Made by a program: the position numbers and the translations under genes. Below the pieces are notes generated by a model. The model was not told the origin of the DNA. It saw only the letters and a list, made by a program, of their open reading frames with translations, and searched no databases. DNA of 64,000 nucleotides from Mobula hypostoma (lineage: Eukaryota). The stretch lies in contig NC_086108.1 of the NCBI RefSeq assembly GCF_963921235.1, positions 7,378,001-7,442,000 on the forward strand. The letters are read 5' to 3'. Positions 25,285-38,303 of this stretch are shown one piece after another (position 1 is the first letter of the stretch; each line of letters starts with the position of its first letter).

Positions 25285-26262
25285 CCATAAGACCATAAGG
25301 TACAGGAGCAGAATTAGGCCATTTGGCCCATCATGGCTGATCCATTTCCCTCTCAGCCCCAGTCTCCTGCCTTCTCCCTGTACCCCTTCATGCCCTGACC
25401 AATCAAGAATCTATCAACCTCTGCCTTAAATATACCCACTGACTTGGGCTCCACAGGTTCCTGTGGCAGTGCATCCCAAGGATTCACCACTCTCTGGATA
25501 AAGAAATTCCTCCTCATCTCCGTTCTAACTGGAGTCATTCCATATTGAGGCTGTGCCCTCTGGTCTTAGACTCTCCCACCATAGAAACATCCCCTCCACA
25601 TCCATCCCATCAAGGTTTTTCACCACTCGATAGGTTTCAATAAGGTCGCCCCTCATTCTTCTGAATTCCAGTGAGTACAGGCCCAGAGCCATCAAACACT
25701 CTCCATATGACAAGCCGTTCAATCCTGGAATCATTTTCGTGAACCTCCTTCGAATCTTCTCCAATATCAGCACATCATCTCTTAGATAGGGGAACCAAAA
25801 CTGCTCACAATACTCCAAGTGAGGCCTCACCAGTGCCTTACAAAGCCTCAACATTACATCGTTGCTTTTATACTCTAGTCCTCTCGAAATGAATGCTAAC
25901 ATCACATTTGTCTTCCTCACTACAGACTCAACCTGCAAGATAACCTTTAGAGAATCCTGCATGAGAACTCCCAAGTCTCTTTGTGCCTCAGATTTTTGAA
26001 TTTTCTCTCCATTTAGAAAATAGTCTATGCTTTTATTTCTTCTACCAAAATGCATGACCATACACTTCCCAACACGATTCCATCTGGTACTTCTTTGCCT
26101 GTTTTCCTAATCATCTAAGTCTCTGCTTCCTCAAAACTACCTGTCCCTCCACCTATCTTCATATCATCCGCAAACTTGGCCACAAAGCCTTCAATTCTGT
26201 CATCCAAATCATTGACAGAGAGTGTGAAAAGAAGGTGGTCCCAACACAGACCCCTGTGGAAC
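25285..26262 (-). mobile_element. CR1 LINE 3' fragment
   Basis: ORF 25525..26061: VMHFGRRNK...QRDLGVLM...LVRPHLEYCEQFW...RRMRGDLIETY. Confidence 0.9.
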
Positions 26263-27339
26263 GCCACTAGTCAAATACCCACCAGTACATCTTTGGAATG
26301 TGGGAGGAAGTTGGAGAACCTGGAGAAAACGCACGCAGTCACGGGGAGAACATACAAACTCCTTACAGGCAGTGGAGGGATTACCCTCTCATTTTAAGCC
26401 TATACCCTCTGGGTTTCCATTCCCTTTCCATGGAAAGAACACTATTGGCGTTCACCATCTCTATACCTTTCAAGATGTTATATTGTACATCTCTGTAAGG
26501 CCACCTCTCAGCCTCCTATGCTCCAAGAAATAAAGTCCTAACCTGTCCAGCCTCTCCCTATAACTCAGCTCCTCGAGTAACTGAACGCACATCAGCGCCT
26601 TTACTTCCTCAGAAGGCTGAGGGAATTCAATGTGTCCCTGTTGACCCTCACCACGTTTTATACATCTGTAACCCTCTCACTGTAGCTCGTAACAAACCAG
26701 GCCCGTTAGCTATCTCTGGCTAACAGCCATGTGACTCAGCATTGGAGTGGTGACGGTGAGGCACCCACCTTCAGTGACCAACACATGTCCAGGCTCGGTA
26801 TGAACTGGGTTCAACCAAACAGGAAAGTTGGAACGGAAGTTATGGTGAATGCTGTACAAATACTGCCCGATGCAAAAGTTACCGTTTGCCAGGACCTAAC
26901 GGAACTTACACCAGCGGTAACTTAAAGTGGAAGTATTCTTACAAATATTTCAACTTTAACAAACAGTTCACAGGAAAAGGGCCCATTACAGTTAAGCCAG
27001 TCTAAATGTGCACTTAAACTTTGGAACTCATCGCTGGGTAGTCAGGTGCTTGGCTTTAATTACTCACGCTTCTGAATCCACAGTCTGCATGAAAGACACC
27101 AGCTACAGTTCAGATGTCCGTTAAAGACTGTTATGGACAAACTGGCTAGCTCAGAGGTATGGACAATTCCTGCTTGGAACCATTTGTCTACCTAAAACAC
27201 TTTGTACAATGGGATCTCTCCTTCCAGGGGGTGAGGGTGGGGGGAAATGGGTTCCATGCATGTCTTCCCTTGTGCTTTTTTCCGCACCACCACCTCCCAA
27301 AAAGACCCGAAACCAACTCACTGCCTCCTAGAAATGGTG

Positions 27340-28092
27340 ACATACAATCAATGGCCACTTTGTTAGATACACCTGTACATCAGCTTGTTAATGCAAATAC
27401 TAATTAGTCAATCATGTGGCAGTAATTCAACAAAAAACATGCAGGCATGGTCAAGAGCCTCTCAAAGTCTAACCTACATCCCCTTTGTGAGAGGTGGAAA
27501 TGGGTAAGGCCGGCCAACAGGGCTCTGGTGAAGCTGTAGAGCCCAATCCCCTGTACAGTAGATTGAACGGATTACAGAAACATTGATCAACTCCAACCAT
27601 ACCATCGACTTTGGACGATGGGAACAGGAGGTCATCACAGGGAGCTGAGGGCCCAGGAAGAAGATGGTCAAGAAGTTCAGTTGTTGTTCAGCCCAAACAT
27701 CAGAATGGGGAAGAAACGTGATCTAAGTGACCTTGACTGTGGAATGATTGTTGGTGCCAGATGGGATGGTTTGAGTATCTCAGAAGCTGCTGTGCTCCTG
27801 GGATTTTCACGCATAGTAGACTAGAGTTTACAGGGAATGGTGTGAAAAACGAAAATCAGCCAGTAAGTGATGGTTCTGTGGGTGAAAAAGCCTTGTTAAT
27901 GAGAGAGGTCAGAGGAGAACGGCCAGACTGGTTCAAGCTGACAGGAAGGTGACAGTAACTCAAATAACCACACATTATACCAGTGGTATGCAGAAGAGCA
28001 TCTCTGAATGCACAACACATCGAACCTTGCAGTGGACGGGCTACAGCAGCAGAAGACAACAAACACACGCTGAGTAGCCACTTTATTAAGCA
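27340..28092 (+). mobile_element. Tc1-like non-autonomous element with a nested ~205-bp insertion
   Basis: MGKKRDLSDLDCGMIVGARWDGLSISEAAVLLGFSR (Tc1 HTH). Directly repeated gccactt(t)..tta(g) motif at both ends. Insert ~27457-27663 is flanked by a duplicated atggtcaaga. Confidence 0.8.
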
Positions 28093-28684
28093 GAGGAAGA
28101 AACGAATAAAGAGGCCGCTGAGTGCATACAGACTGTTCTTTGATAATAAATTGACTTTGAACTTGAACATGAACTGCTCACAGAGTTCAAAGTCAGGATC
28201 AAAGTTGAGTTTATTGTCACACGGACAAGTGCAATGAAAAACATACTGTACTTGTAGCAGCATCGTAGGCACAGAGCATCAGATATGCAGCATTCACAAA
28301 AGAAATACAAGTCACATTTATTACAAGCAATGGAAAAAGAGGAAGCAGGGAGGAGAGAGAAGTGTCCAGAAGTTAGAGAAGTTGATTTCTTCCACCTCTC
28401 CCAATGAGAGGAGAGGCCAACTCCATCATCAAGACAGCACCTCTGAAGGGCAGAGAAAACGCGGGAGAGCGGAGGCAATGGCACTCTATTATAGAGACAG
28501 AAATGGGGTCCCCGAACCATACCTGGGGCACAATAGACAGAGATGTGGAACATTCATTGCTGCGCTAAATGCTAGTAGTGTAACAGAAAGTAAGTAAGTA
28601 TCTTTCCTACTGAAGGGCATTAATAAACCAGGTGTGTTCCTAACCCAGTCTGACAGTTTCTTGGTCAGTAGTGACTACTTGCCC

Positions 28685-29440
28685 ACTTACTTGGGCCTAA
28701 GCTCCCAGTGGAGAATAGGCCATCGATGACCTCCCGTCTCCATTGTTCAAAGTCGATGGTACATAGTCATAGTCATAGTCATAGTCATACTTTATTGATC
28801 CCGAGGGAAATTGGTTTTCGTTACAATTGCACCATAAATAATTAAATAGTAATAAAACCATAAATAATTAAATAGAAATATGTAAATTATGCCAGGAAAT
28901 AATTCCAGGACCAGCCTATTGGCTCAGGGTGTCTGACCCTCCAAGGGAGGAGTTGTAAAGTTTGATGGCCACAGGCAGGAATGACTTCCTATGACGCTCT
29001 GTGCTGCATCTCGGTGGAATGAGTCTCTGGCTGAATGTACTCCTGTGCCCAACCAGTCCATTATGTAGTGGATGGGAGACATTGTCCAAGATAGCATGCA
29101 ACTTGGACAGCATCCAAGTACGGTTGGAGTTGATCAATGTTTCTGTATTCCATTGTACCCACTCTACCGGGGATTGGCCTGTACGGCTTCCTGTCGGCCA
29201 GCCTTACCTGTTTCCACCTCTCATGACGGGAATGTAGGATTGGACTTTTGAGACCCGACTAGTGACTAAGACTGAATGTAAGTGTCCCAGGACCCACGGC
29301 GGGATCCGTTCCAAGTATTCAGCCCTGTGGATGATTAGTCCGGATACATAACCACTGAATTTCCATCTCAAGGTCTTGGCCTGTAGTACCACACTGCCTG
29401 AGGCTCCTCAAGTAACTCAGAGGTGCGCAAGCGTTGCCTC
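28685..29440 (-). mobile_element. Short retroposon (same family as 27457-27663) interrupted by a Rex1-type 3' end (28763-29113)
   Basis: Shared gaaacattgatcaactccaacc.taccatcgacttt motif. The nested piece encodes HPLHNGLVGHRSTFSQRLIPPRCSTERHRKSFLPVAIKLYN and has an (atagtc)n tail. Confidence 0.7.
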
Positions 29441-29894
29441 TCTTCTGACACAGCATAGCCCGCCCACAACTTACTAACCCTAACCCGTATACCTTTGGAA
29501 TGCGGGAAGCTACCAGAACATGGTAGTGTTATGGTTAACGCAATGCTTTACAGCGCCAGCAATCAGCAGTAGGGGTTCAATCCCCATGACTTTGTACATT
29601 CTCCCTGTGTGTGTGTGTTGGTTTGCCCTGGGGGCTCTGGTTTTCTTCCCACATTCTAAACATAAGGGTTAGTGGTTGGGTTGAGCTGTTCTCCGACCTT
29701 GGCAACTTGCTTGCAAGTGTTTTGCCACCATGTGAGAAGACAGCAGTGGTGTGCTGCTAATTGTGTTAGTAACTCGTGGGCATGTTACGTTGGCACCGGA
29801 AGCATGGCGACACTTGAGGGCTGGCCCCCCCCCCCCAAAAGCACAATCCTCAGACTATGTTGGTCCTGGATGCAAAAAAACGCACTTCACTGTA

Positions 29895-30570
29895 CAGTCG
29901 GCCCTCCGTATCCGCGGGTTCCGCATCCACGGATTCAACCAACCGCAGATCGAAAACATTCAAAAAAAGAATTCCAGAAAGTTCCAAAAAGCAAACCTTG
30001 AATTTGCCGCGCGCCGAGCACTACGCTGAATCCACGCGAGTGAAGTGATGTGTGGGCATACCCCGCTGTAGCCTCCCGCCATTTCACAGATCCTCAGTCT
30101 CTCTCCAGCACTCGTTATTTGAGCATTGTTCATCTCGTGTCTCGTTTGTTCGCGACTTGTGTTGTGAGCGAGAGGAAGGAGTTTAAGGCTAGTAAGGGAT
30201 GGCTGGCTGGCTATGTAAAGCGCTACAGCCTCAAGAACTTAAAGATCGCGGGAGAATCGGCATCGGCTGATGCCAAGGCAGCATCAGCGTTCCCAGAAGA
30301 GCTACGATGGTTGCGTCTGTACTGAACATGTATAGACTGTTTTTTCTTGTCATTATTCCCTAAACAATACAGTATAACAACTGCTTACATAGCATTTACA
30401 TCGTATTAGGTATTCTAAGTAACCTAGAGATGATTTAAAGTATATGGGAGGCCGTGCGTAGGTTATATGCAAATACTACGCATTTTATATAAGGGACTTG
30501 AGCATCCGCGGATTTTGGTATCCACAGGGGGTCCTGGAACCAATCCCCCACAGATGCTGAGGGACGACTG
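29895..30570 (+). mobile_element. pogo/Tigger (MER2/Tigger3-like) deletion derivative
   Basis: TA|cagtcggccctccgtatcc ... gatgctgagggacgactg|TA. Internal EFKASKGWLAGYVKRYSLKNLKIAGESASAD (CENP-B HTH/Tigger motif). Confidence 0.92.
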
Positions 30571-31346
30571 TATGTTTCAACGTCCCTGTGACAAATAACA
30601 CTAATAACTCTGTCTCTCTCAGGCTGACGGGAAAGATCGTCAGGCATTATTCCTTGTAAACATGACCAACAATTCTCCCACAATCAAAATAAATTACCTA
30701 ACTGTTTATTAATTTCCTGTTAATGAAACGTCGGCCTCAAGCAGCCAGTTCCACAAGGGATGCCGGTGTGAAGTGTCTCTGGCAGCTGATAAAATTCTTA
30801 CTAATTATTATCTATTAAACTGCACAATTTATTTATATCTCTTCGAGGGGAAACATCTGTCAGAGGCATTCCAAATTTAAAATATATTAAGTTATCCATT
30901 TCGACCTTTCACCGAATTTATGAGATCATATCGCTCCCCATTTCGACTGCTCACACCACAGGGTGAGATCATTTCCTGTGACTCGTGCTTCCTGAGTAGA
31001 AATTCACTGTGACCACAGAAGTCAAGGGTCAAGCACATGTTCCTCTCAGTCTGGGAGCATAGGTGCGGCCCTGGGCCCAGGAGCCAATGTCTCGATCCCG
31101 TTACAGTTCCATGGGCCCAGGAGTTGGTTTCTACGACATATCTAACGCTGGCTCTCCCACCTCTGATTCCCCTTGTTTAAATTTATCTGGTTCACAGGGA
31201 AAGCTCTGGTGAGAAGGATGAGGAAAGCAGATCCGCTCCTCGGCTTTAAACCCATGTTACACTTACTGCAAACTCATCCCAAACTCATTCCAATCTCAAA
31301 GTTCAAATTAAATTTTATTATCAAAGTACATATATGTCACCATATA

Positions 31347-31767
31347 CGAGGAGTGATTGATAAGTTCCTGGCCTAAGGCAGAAGGAGTCAATTTTAGAAA
31401 ACCTAGCACATTTATTTTTCAACATAGTCCCTTCCTACATTTTCACACTTAGTCCAGCGGTTGTGGAGCATACGGACCTTGGACTTCCAGGAAGTGTCCA
31501 CAGCAGGGGTGATTGATAAGTTTGTGGCCTAAGGTAGAAGGAGATGAGTTGTACAGTTCTCTTTACATACACGTGCAGTTTGACTCTTTGAGTGATTACG
31601 CAGAAAGTTTGAGGTTAATAACTTAACAGGGGTGATTGATAAGTTTGTGGCCTAAGGAAGAAGGCAATGAGTTATTGAAAATATGACTATGTTGAAAAAG
31701 AAATGTGCTAGCTTTTCTAAAATTGACTCCTTCTACCTTAGGCCACGAACTTATCAATCACCCCTCA
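31347..31767. mobile_element. Mariner-type MITE with ~85-bp TIRs and two internal TIR-end repeats
   Basis: TA|cgaggagtgattgataagttc...caacatagtc mirrored by gactatgttg...acttatcaatcacccctca|TA. ggggtgattgataagtttgtggcctaagg also occurs at ~31506 and ~31629. Confidence 0.88.
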
Positions 31768-31899
31768 TAGAACACCTGTATTCACTTTCTTGTGGGCATA
31801 CTCAGCAAATCTATAGAATAGTAACTATAACAGAATCAATGAAAGATCAACCAGAGTGCAGAAGACAACAAACTGTGCAAGTACAAAAAGAAGAAATAA

Positions 31900-32042
31900 C
31901 AATCAATAAATCAATAAATAAACAAACAAATAAATAAATAAATAAATAAATAAATCAATAAATAAATAAATAAATCAGTCAATCAATAAATAAATAAATA
32001 AATCAGTCAATCAATAAATAAATAAATCAATCAATCAATCAA

Positions 32043-32073
<31 letters not shown>

Positions 32074-32250
32074 ATCAATAAATCAATCAATCAATCAATC
32101 AATAAATAAATAAATAAATAAATAAATCAATAAATAAATCAATAAATCAATAAATCAATAAATAAATCAATAAATAAATAAATCAATCAATCAATCAATC
32201 AATAAATAAATAAATAAATAAATAAATAAGCAAGCAAGCAAGCAAGCAAT
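31900..32250. repeat. (AAAT/CAAT)n microsatellite expanded inside a Rex1 3' UTR (host ~31295-32460, minus strand)
   Basis: Directly visible. Flanks match the Rex1 UTR at 1300-1590. Confidence 0.95.
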
Positions 32251-32499
32251 AATTATCCAGAACATGAGGTGAAGAGTCCTTGAAAGGGAATCTATTGGTT
32301 GTGGGAACATTTCAATGATGGGGCAAATGGAGTGAAGTTATCCCCTTTTGTCCAAGAACATGATGGTTGAGGGTTAGTAACTGTTACTGAATCTGATGGT
32401 GTGAGTCCTGAGGCTCTTGTACTTTCTTCCTGATGGCAGCAGCGAGAGGAGATCACATCCTGATTGGCTACCCCTTCAGCTGACCTTTGAATTCTATTG

Positions 32500-32808
32500 G
32501 CTTTTAAGGGTTTGTAGATGGCGTCAATTCCAATACACTTGTTTACCAAGTTATCAGAGGAGAACCTTCCAGAACCTTCGTGATATCCCAATTAAAGTGG
32601 AGTCCTTCTTGATCTTCACGTACCAAGAGCAGCAAAAGTAGATCATGCCTCCGTGCCGCCAGTTTGTGTTTCCATAAACAGGTTGGGAGTTACGTCCTGT
32701 CTGGCCAATGTAGCCTCCACAGGTGATCCCGGACACCACATTGCTCTTGTTGGTTGCCTTTCCTGGTGCCTTGGTTCTTGAGACAAGCTTCCTTAAAGTC
32801 GCCATTGA
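32500..32808 (-). mobile_element. Second Penelope-like family, GIY-YIG fragment
   Basis: TLRKLVSRTK..NKSNVV..CGGYIGQTGR, then frameshifted HKLAARRHD..EGLHFNWD. Confidence 0.75.
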
Positions 32809-32811
32809 TTT

Positions 32812-33725
32812 AGACCATGAGACCATAAGATATCGGAGCAGAATTAGGCCATTTGGCCCATTTTATCATGGCTGAAGCGATTTTCCTCTCAGTCCCATTC
32901 TCCTGCCTTTTCCCACCTACCCCTTCATACCCTGACTAATCAAGAATCTATCAACCTCTACCTTAAATATACATAAAAATTTAGCCTCCACTGCTGCCTG
33001 TGGCAAAGAATTCCACAGATTTACCAATCTCTCGCTACAGAAATTCCTCCTCATCTCTGTTCTAAAATTACACCCTTCTATTCAGAAGCTGTGTCCTCTG
33101 GTCTTAAACTCTCCCACCAGAGGAAACATCCTCTCCACATCCACTCTATTGAGGCCTTTCACCATTCAATAGGTTTCAATAAGGTCACCCCTCATTCCTC
33201 TGAATTCCTGTGAATACAGGCACAGAGCCATCAAACACTCTTCATATGACAAGCCTTTCAATCCTGGAATCATTTGCGTGAACCTCCTTTGAACCTTCTC
33301 CAGTTTCTGCACATCCTTTCTAAGATAAGGGGCCAACACTGCTCACAATACTCCAAGTGAGGACTCAAAAAATTTACAACGTTTCAACATTACATCCTTG
33401 CTTTTATATTCTAGTCCTCTTGAAATGAATGCTAAAGTTACATTTGCCTTCCTCACCACTGACTGAACATTTAGGGAATCCTGCACAAGGACTCCCCAAG
33501 TCCCTTTGCGCCTCAGTTTTTTTGTGTTTTCTCTCCATTTAGAAAATAGTCAACCCTTTCATCTCTTCTACCAAAGTGCTTGACTATACCCTTCCCGACA
33601 CTGTATTCCATCTGCCACTTCTTTGCCCAATCTCCTAATCTGTCTAAGCCCTTCCGTAGCCTCTCTACTTCCTCAAAACTACCTGCTCTCCCACCTATCT
33701 TCATATTGTCTGCAAACTTTGCAAC
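32812..33725 (-). mobile_element. CR1 LINE 3' fragment
   Basis: KIGGRAGS..LDRLGDWAKKWQMEYSVGK, and gaccataagatatcggagcag tail. Confidence 0.9.
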
Positions 33726-34852
33726 ATAAAAATTGTGAGTGATTGCGATTCTTTAAGGTTTGAGCAAGTTGAACTGTCGTTTTTAATATATTCTTGATCT
33801 AAGGTAAGGTTGTGCATTTCAATAATGTTCAGTAAGATCTGAATAACTTTCTCTCCTTCATAAACATCTCCTAATGAAAATCAGGATTGTTTAACGTAAT
33901 TTCCATTACATGAGGGTAAAGGAGAACAAATAATTGTTACTCCAGATCCGATGCAGTACAAAAAAAACGCATTAAGATAAAGAACACGATAATAAAAAAC
34001 ACAATAAATATAAATACATAAGAGAGCTCATATACATAGAATGATTGTACATCTGTGAAGCAACTCCAGGCACAGGAGTGACGCTGACAGGAAATGACTA
34101 GGGGTGGTTGGGGGTGTGGAGGGGTGGGTCAGTGGGTGGAGGTGTTGATCAGTCTCACAGCTTGGGGGAAGTAACTGTTTTTGAGTCTGGTGGACCTGGC
34201 ATGGATTCTACACAGCCAGGGGACAAACAGGGTGGATGGGATCCTTCATGATGTCACTGGCCCTTTCCCAGCACCCTTCTGCATATACATCCTTAATCAC
34301 GGGTCAGATACTATTGTCAGTCATGATGATAACAAAAATAATGGCGACAACCGCCTTCGTTTATCGGAGCACTTGAACTAAAGATATTCAGTGGACACTC
34401 TCTCAAATAAAACTTATACTGAGCCAAGAGAGTAGAAATTAGAGATGACAGCAAATGTTTGGTTGGAGAGGGGATTATCAGGAGCATCTCGAAGCTGGAG
34501 AGAAAGGTGCAGAGGTTGACGGAGGGATCAGAGTCCAGACGAGTGAAGGTGTAACCACCAGTGAGGGGGCAATTAGCTTCAGGGAAGAGCGGGGAGACAA
34601 CGGATAACGGGAGTAAAGAACACTTGTGATATCAATGGATTAGGCAAAGTCTACATGGATTTATGAAAGGAAATCGTGTCTGAAAGATAGGAGCTTGTGT
34701 AGTGTCTGAATATTTTGAGGATGCATCTGGGGGGACAGATAAGAGAGAACCAGTGGGAGTAGCTCATTTGGATTTTCAGAAGACTTTTGATAAAAGTCCC
34801 ATCTACTGTAAGAGGCTCATCAGAAGAACCTAAAACATATGGGTTTAGAGGC

Positions 34853-35190
34853 ACAAATAATTCTGCAGATGCTGGAAAGAGCAATATACACAAAATGCTG
34901 AAGGAACTCAGCAGGTCAGGCAGCATCTGTGGAAATGAATAGACAGTCGATGTTTCGGGCCGAGACCCTTCTTCAGGACTGAGAAGGAAGGGGGAAGATG
35001 CCAGACCCACTGAGTTTGCTCCAGCATTGTGTGTGTGTCTGTCTGTCTGTCTGTCTGTTTGTATGTGTGTGTGTGTGTGTGTCTGTCTGTCTGTCTGTCT
35101 GTTTGTGTGTGTGTGTGTGTGTGTGTATGTCTGTTTATGCGTGTGAGTGTGCATGTGTGTGTGGGTGTGTGTGTGTGTCTGTCTGTCTGT

Positions 35191-35231
<41 letters not shown>

Positions 35232-35312
35232 TGTGTGTGTGTTTGTGTGTGTATGTGCACGTGTGTGTGTTTTGCTTTGGATTTCCAGCATCTGCAGTCT
35301 TGCTCGTGTTCA
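34853..35312. mobile_element. Penelope-like ends in inverted arrangement with internal (TG/TCTG)n expansion
   Basis: ctgcagatgctgga on the left is mirrored by tccagcatctgcag on the right. Microsatellite at 35028-35270. Confidence 0.75.
34944..34981 (-). ncRNA. Minimal type-I hammerhead ribozyme motif
   Basis: Minus strand cagtc-CTGAAGA-a-ggg tctcgg ccc-GAAA-c-ATC-gactg, with a perfect 5-bp stem I. Confidence 0.7.
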
Positions 35313-35754
35313 TGATATTTCAGGTTGACTGTTTATTCATCTCCTGACCTGCTGAGTTCATCCTGCCATGAGCCCCATGGCCTCTACAGCTTGCCGTAGA
35401 GCATTGAGCTTCTAGCATTCTTGAGCACCTCTATTTGCTAATTAACTATCTTAACTAGAACCATTAAGCCCTTGTGCTTTCTGTTTAATCTAGTCAGGTT
35501 GGTTGTGACTGGCATGGGTTTCCCGCATTCTATGATTATTTAAAGAGGACTCTCGTTCAGTGGCTTAGCAGAGCCATTGTGCTGGAGAGAATGATTTGTC
35601 CCACGGTTTCGCTCGGTCGTTCCTCTGAGGCTCTGTTGGGATTCCTGTCTAACCTCTTGTTTCCTCCAAGAGGACCACAGTCTTGTCATTGGGTTTGGAG
35701 GCTTGTGTGTCTCAACGACCTGGAGAGCTATGTTGACTGGAGTCAGGGCTTTAT

Positions 35755-36900
35755 CAGAGTCAGAATCAGCTTTATTATCACCGGTATGTGTCGTGAAATT
35801 TGTTAACTTAGCAGCAGCAGTTCAATGCAATACATAATTTAGAAGAATAAGGAAAGAAAAATCAATCAATCAATCAATTACAGTATACGTATATTGAATA
35901 GATTAAAAATCGTGCAAAAGAGAAATGATACATTTTGAAAAAGTGAGCTAGTGTTCAAGGGTTCAATGTCCATTTAGAAATCAGATGGCAGAGGGGAAGA
36001 AGCTGTTCCTGAATCACTGAGTGTGTGTCTTCAGGCTTCTGCATCTCCTACCTGACGGTAACAGTGAGAAAAGGGCATGCCCTGGGTGCTGGAGGTCCTT
36101 CGTTCCTGTGCATTAGTCCCCCACCCCCATACCAGACAGTGATGCAGCCTGTCAGAATGCCCTCCGCAGTACATCTATAGAAGTCTTTGAGTGTTTTTGT
36201 TGACATGTGAAATCTCTTCAAGCTCCTAATGAAGTATAATCACTGTTTTGCCTCCTATATAGCTGCATCAATATGTTGGGACCAGGTTAGGTCCTCAGAG
36301 ATCTTGACAGCCAGGAACTTGAAACTGCTAACTCTCTCCACTTCTGATCCTTCTATGAGGATTGGTATGTGTTCCTTCATCTTACCCTTCCTGAAGTCCA
36401 CAATCAGCTCTTTTGTCTTACTGATGTTGAGTGCCAGGTTGTTGCTGCGACACCATTCCACTAGTTGACATATCTCGCTCCTGTACGCCCTCTCGATGCC
36501 ATCTGAGATTCTACCAACAATGGTTGTATCATCAGCAAATTTATAGATGGTATCTGAACTATGTCTAGCTATACAGTCATGGGTATAGAGAGAGTAGAGC
36601 AGTGGGCCCCTGAGGTGCACCAGTGTTGATCGTCAATGAGGGGGAGATATTAACCCCAGTCTGCACAGATTTTGTTCTTCCAGTTAGGAAGTTGAGGATC
36701 CAATTGCAGAGGGAGGTACAGAGGCCCAGGTTCTGTAACTTCTCAATCAGGATTGTGGGAATGATGGTATTAAATGCTGAGCTATAGTCGATGAACAGCA
36801 TCCTGACGTAGGTGGTTGTGTTGTCCAGGTGGTCTAAAGTCACGTGAAGAGCCATTGAGATTGTGTCTGCCATTGACCTATTGTGGCAATAGGCAAATTG
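35755..36900 (-). mobile_element. Rex1/Babar-type LINE, RT domain to 3' end
   Basis: [46 protein letters not shown] and LALNISKTKELIVDFRK. Confidence 0.92.
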
Positions 36901-38303
36901 CTGTGGCTCTTGGTAGGGTCATCCATGCCAAACAGGTCAAAGGGTAGAAGTCAGGGTAAAGGGTAGTGGTCCCCTGCTCCTCCGGGTTCGGGGGTTCAGC
37001 TCAGGGCTAACAGCCCTGACTGGTCAAACAAAACTGTTACAGAAACAGCAATGAAGCATCTGAGCGAGACGATTTTCCTGAGTGTCCACCCAGGACTTGC
37101 GTGACTGACAGTAGCGAAAACTGAGAGGAAGCTACTGACGCGATGAAGGAAGCTTTGAACGCCAGCAGAGATAAAGGATCTTCATTGCTGCCCCAAACGC
37201 CAGTGTTGTAGTGGGCAGTAATAACAACAGTTCTGTGCATTCTCCATTCTGTGTGTGTTGCACTGAGGTTTGGGGTGGCTTATAAGCTGCAATGGATGAT
37301 AAATGATTTGACAGGCAGGAAATTGGTAAGATATTGCAGTAATCAGTCCTTGAATCCAGCTTTTTCCGATATCCCAGTCATCTGGAGGAGGGAAACACAT
37401 GCAATATTTGCTGGTCTGCAGAAGATACAAAACTCGGTGGCACTGTAGGTTTTGAGGAGGATGTGATTTCCAGTAAGATGGCGGCGTGCTTGCGGCAATG
37501 AACTTTCTGGGTCAAAATAAAGGTGCTATACTTCGTCCTTTATCAAAGTTCAAAGTAAGGTTCAAAACAAATTTTATTATCAGAGTGCATATATGTCACC
37601 ATATACCTTTCCTGCGGGCAAACTCAGCAAATCTCTAGAACAGTAACTCTAACAGGATCAGTGAAAGATCAACCAGAGTGCAGAAGACAACAAACTGTGC
37701 AAATGCAAACATAAATACGTAGCAATAAATAACGAGAACATGAGATAATGAGATAAAGAGTCGGTAAAGTGAGATCATTGGTTGTGCGAACATCTCAATA
37801 GATAGGCAAGTGAGTGAAGTTATTATTGTTGCAGCCTGCCTCATCCATCCAAGGAGGAAAGCGTCGGAGGCCGTGTGCGGAGATAGTGCTTAGACATTTT
37901 TATTCTGATCATAAGACACTGTTGGTCATTGGTATTATAGAAAACTGTGAGTCTGATTCACTGGTTCATTGGCAAGACCGACAGGAGATCTGCATGTCCT
38001 CTGTGTACCCTGGATCAGGCCCTCACGCCTCGGGGTTGCCTGTTGCAGTCGCTGGGGGAGGGGACACCAGAGCTAGCTGTGTGCTGCTGGATGCCGTATT
38101 GGCCTGGGGATTGGTGTCTCCCCTCCAGTGTTCGCCAGTGGAAGAGAAGCCAGATTGCGTTCATCTGCAGCCGCACTTGAGCGAGATAAGAAACTGCTGT
38201 GGGCTTGTTCTTGCGGAAGTGTGGCTCCAGGATATCACCCATGCACTATCTATCTACAGCCCATGACTATTATTATTTTTTTAATGTAGTTTTTGTATCT
38301 CCA

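Noticed and set aside
26665..27330. Possible solo LTR
   Set aside because: It starts with tgtaac, but I could not find a matching end, TSD or second copy.
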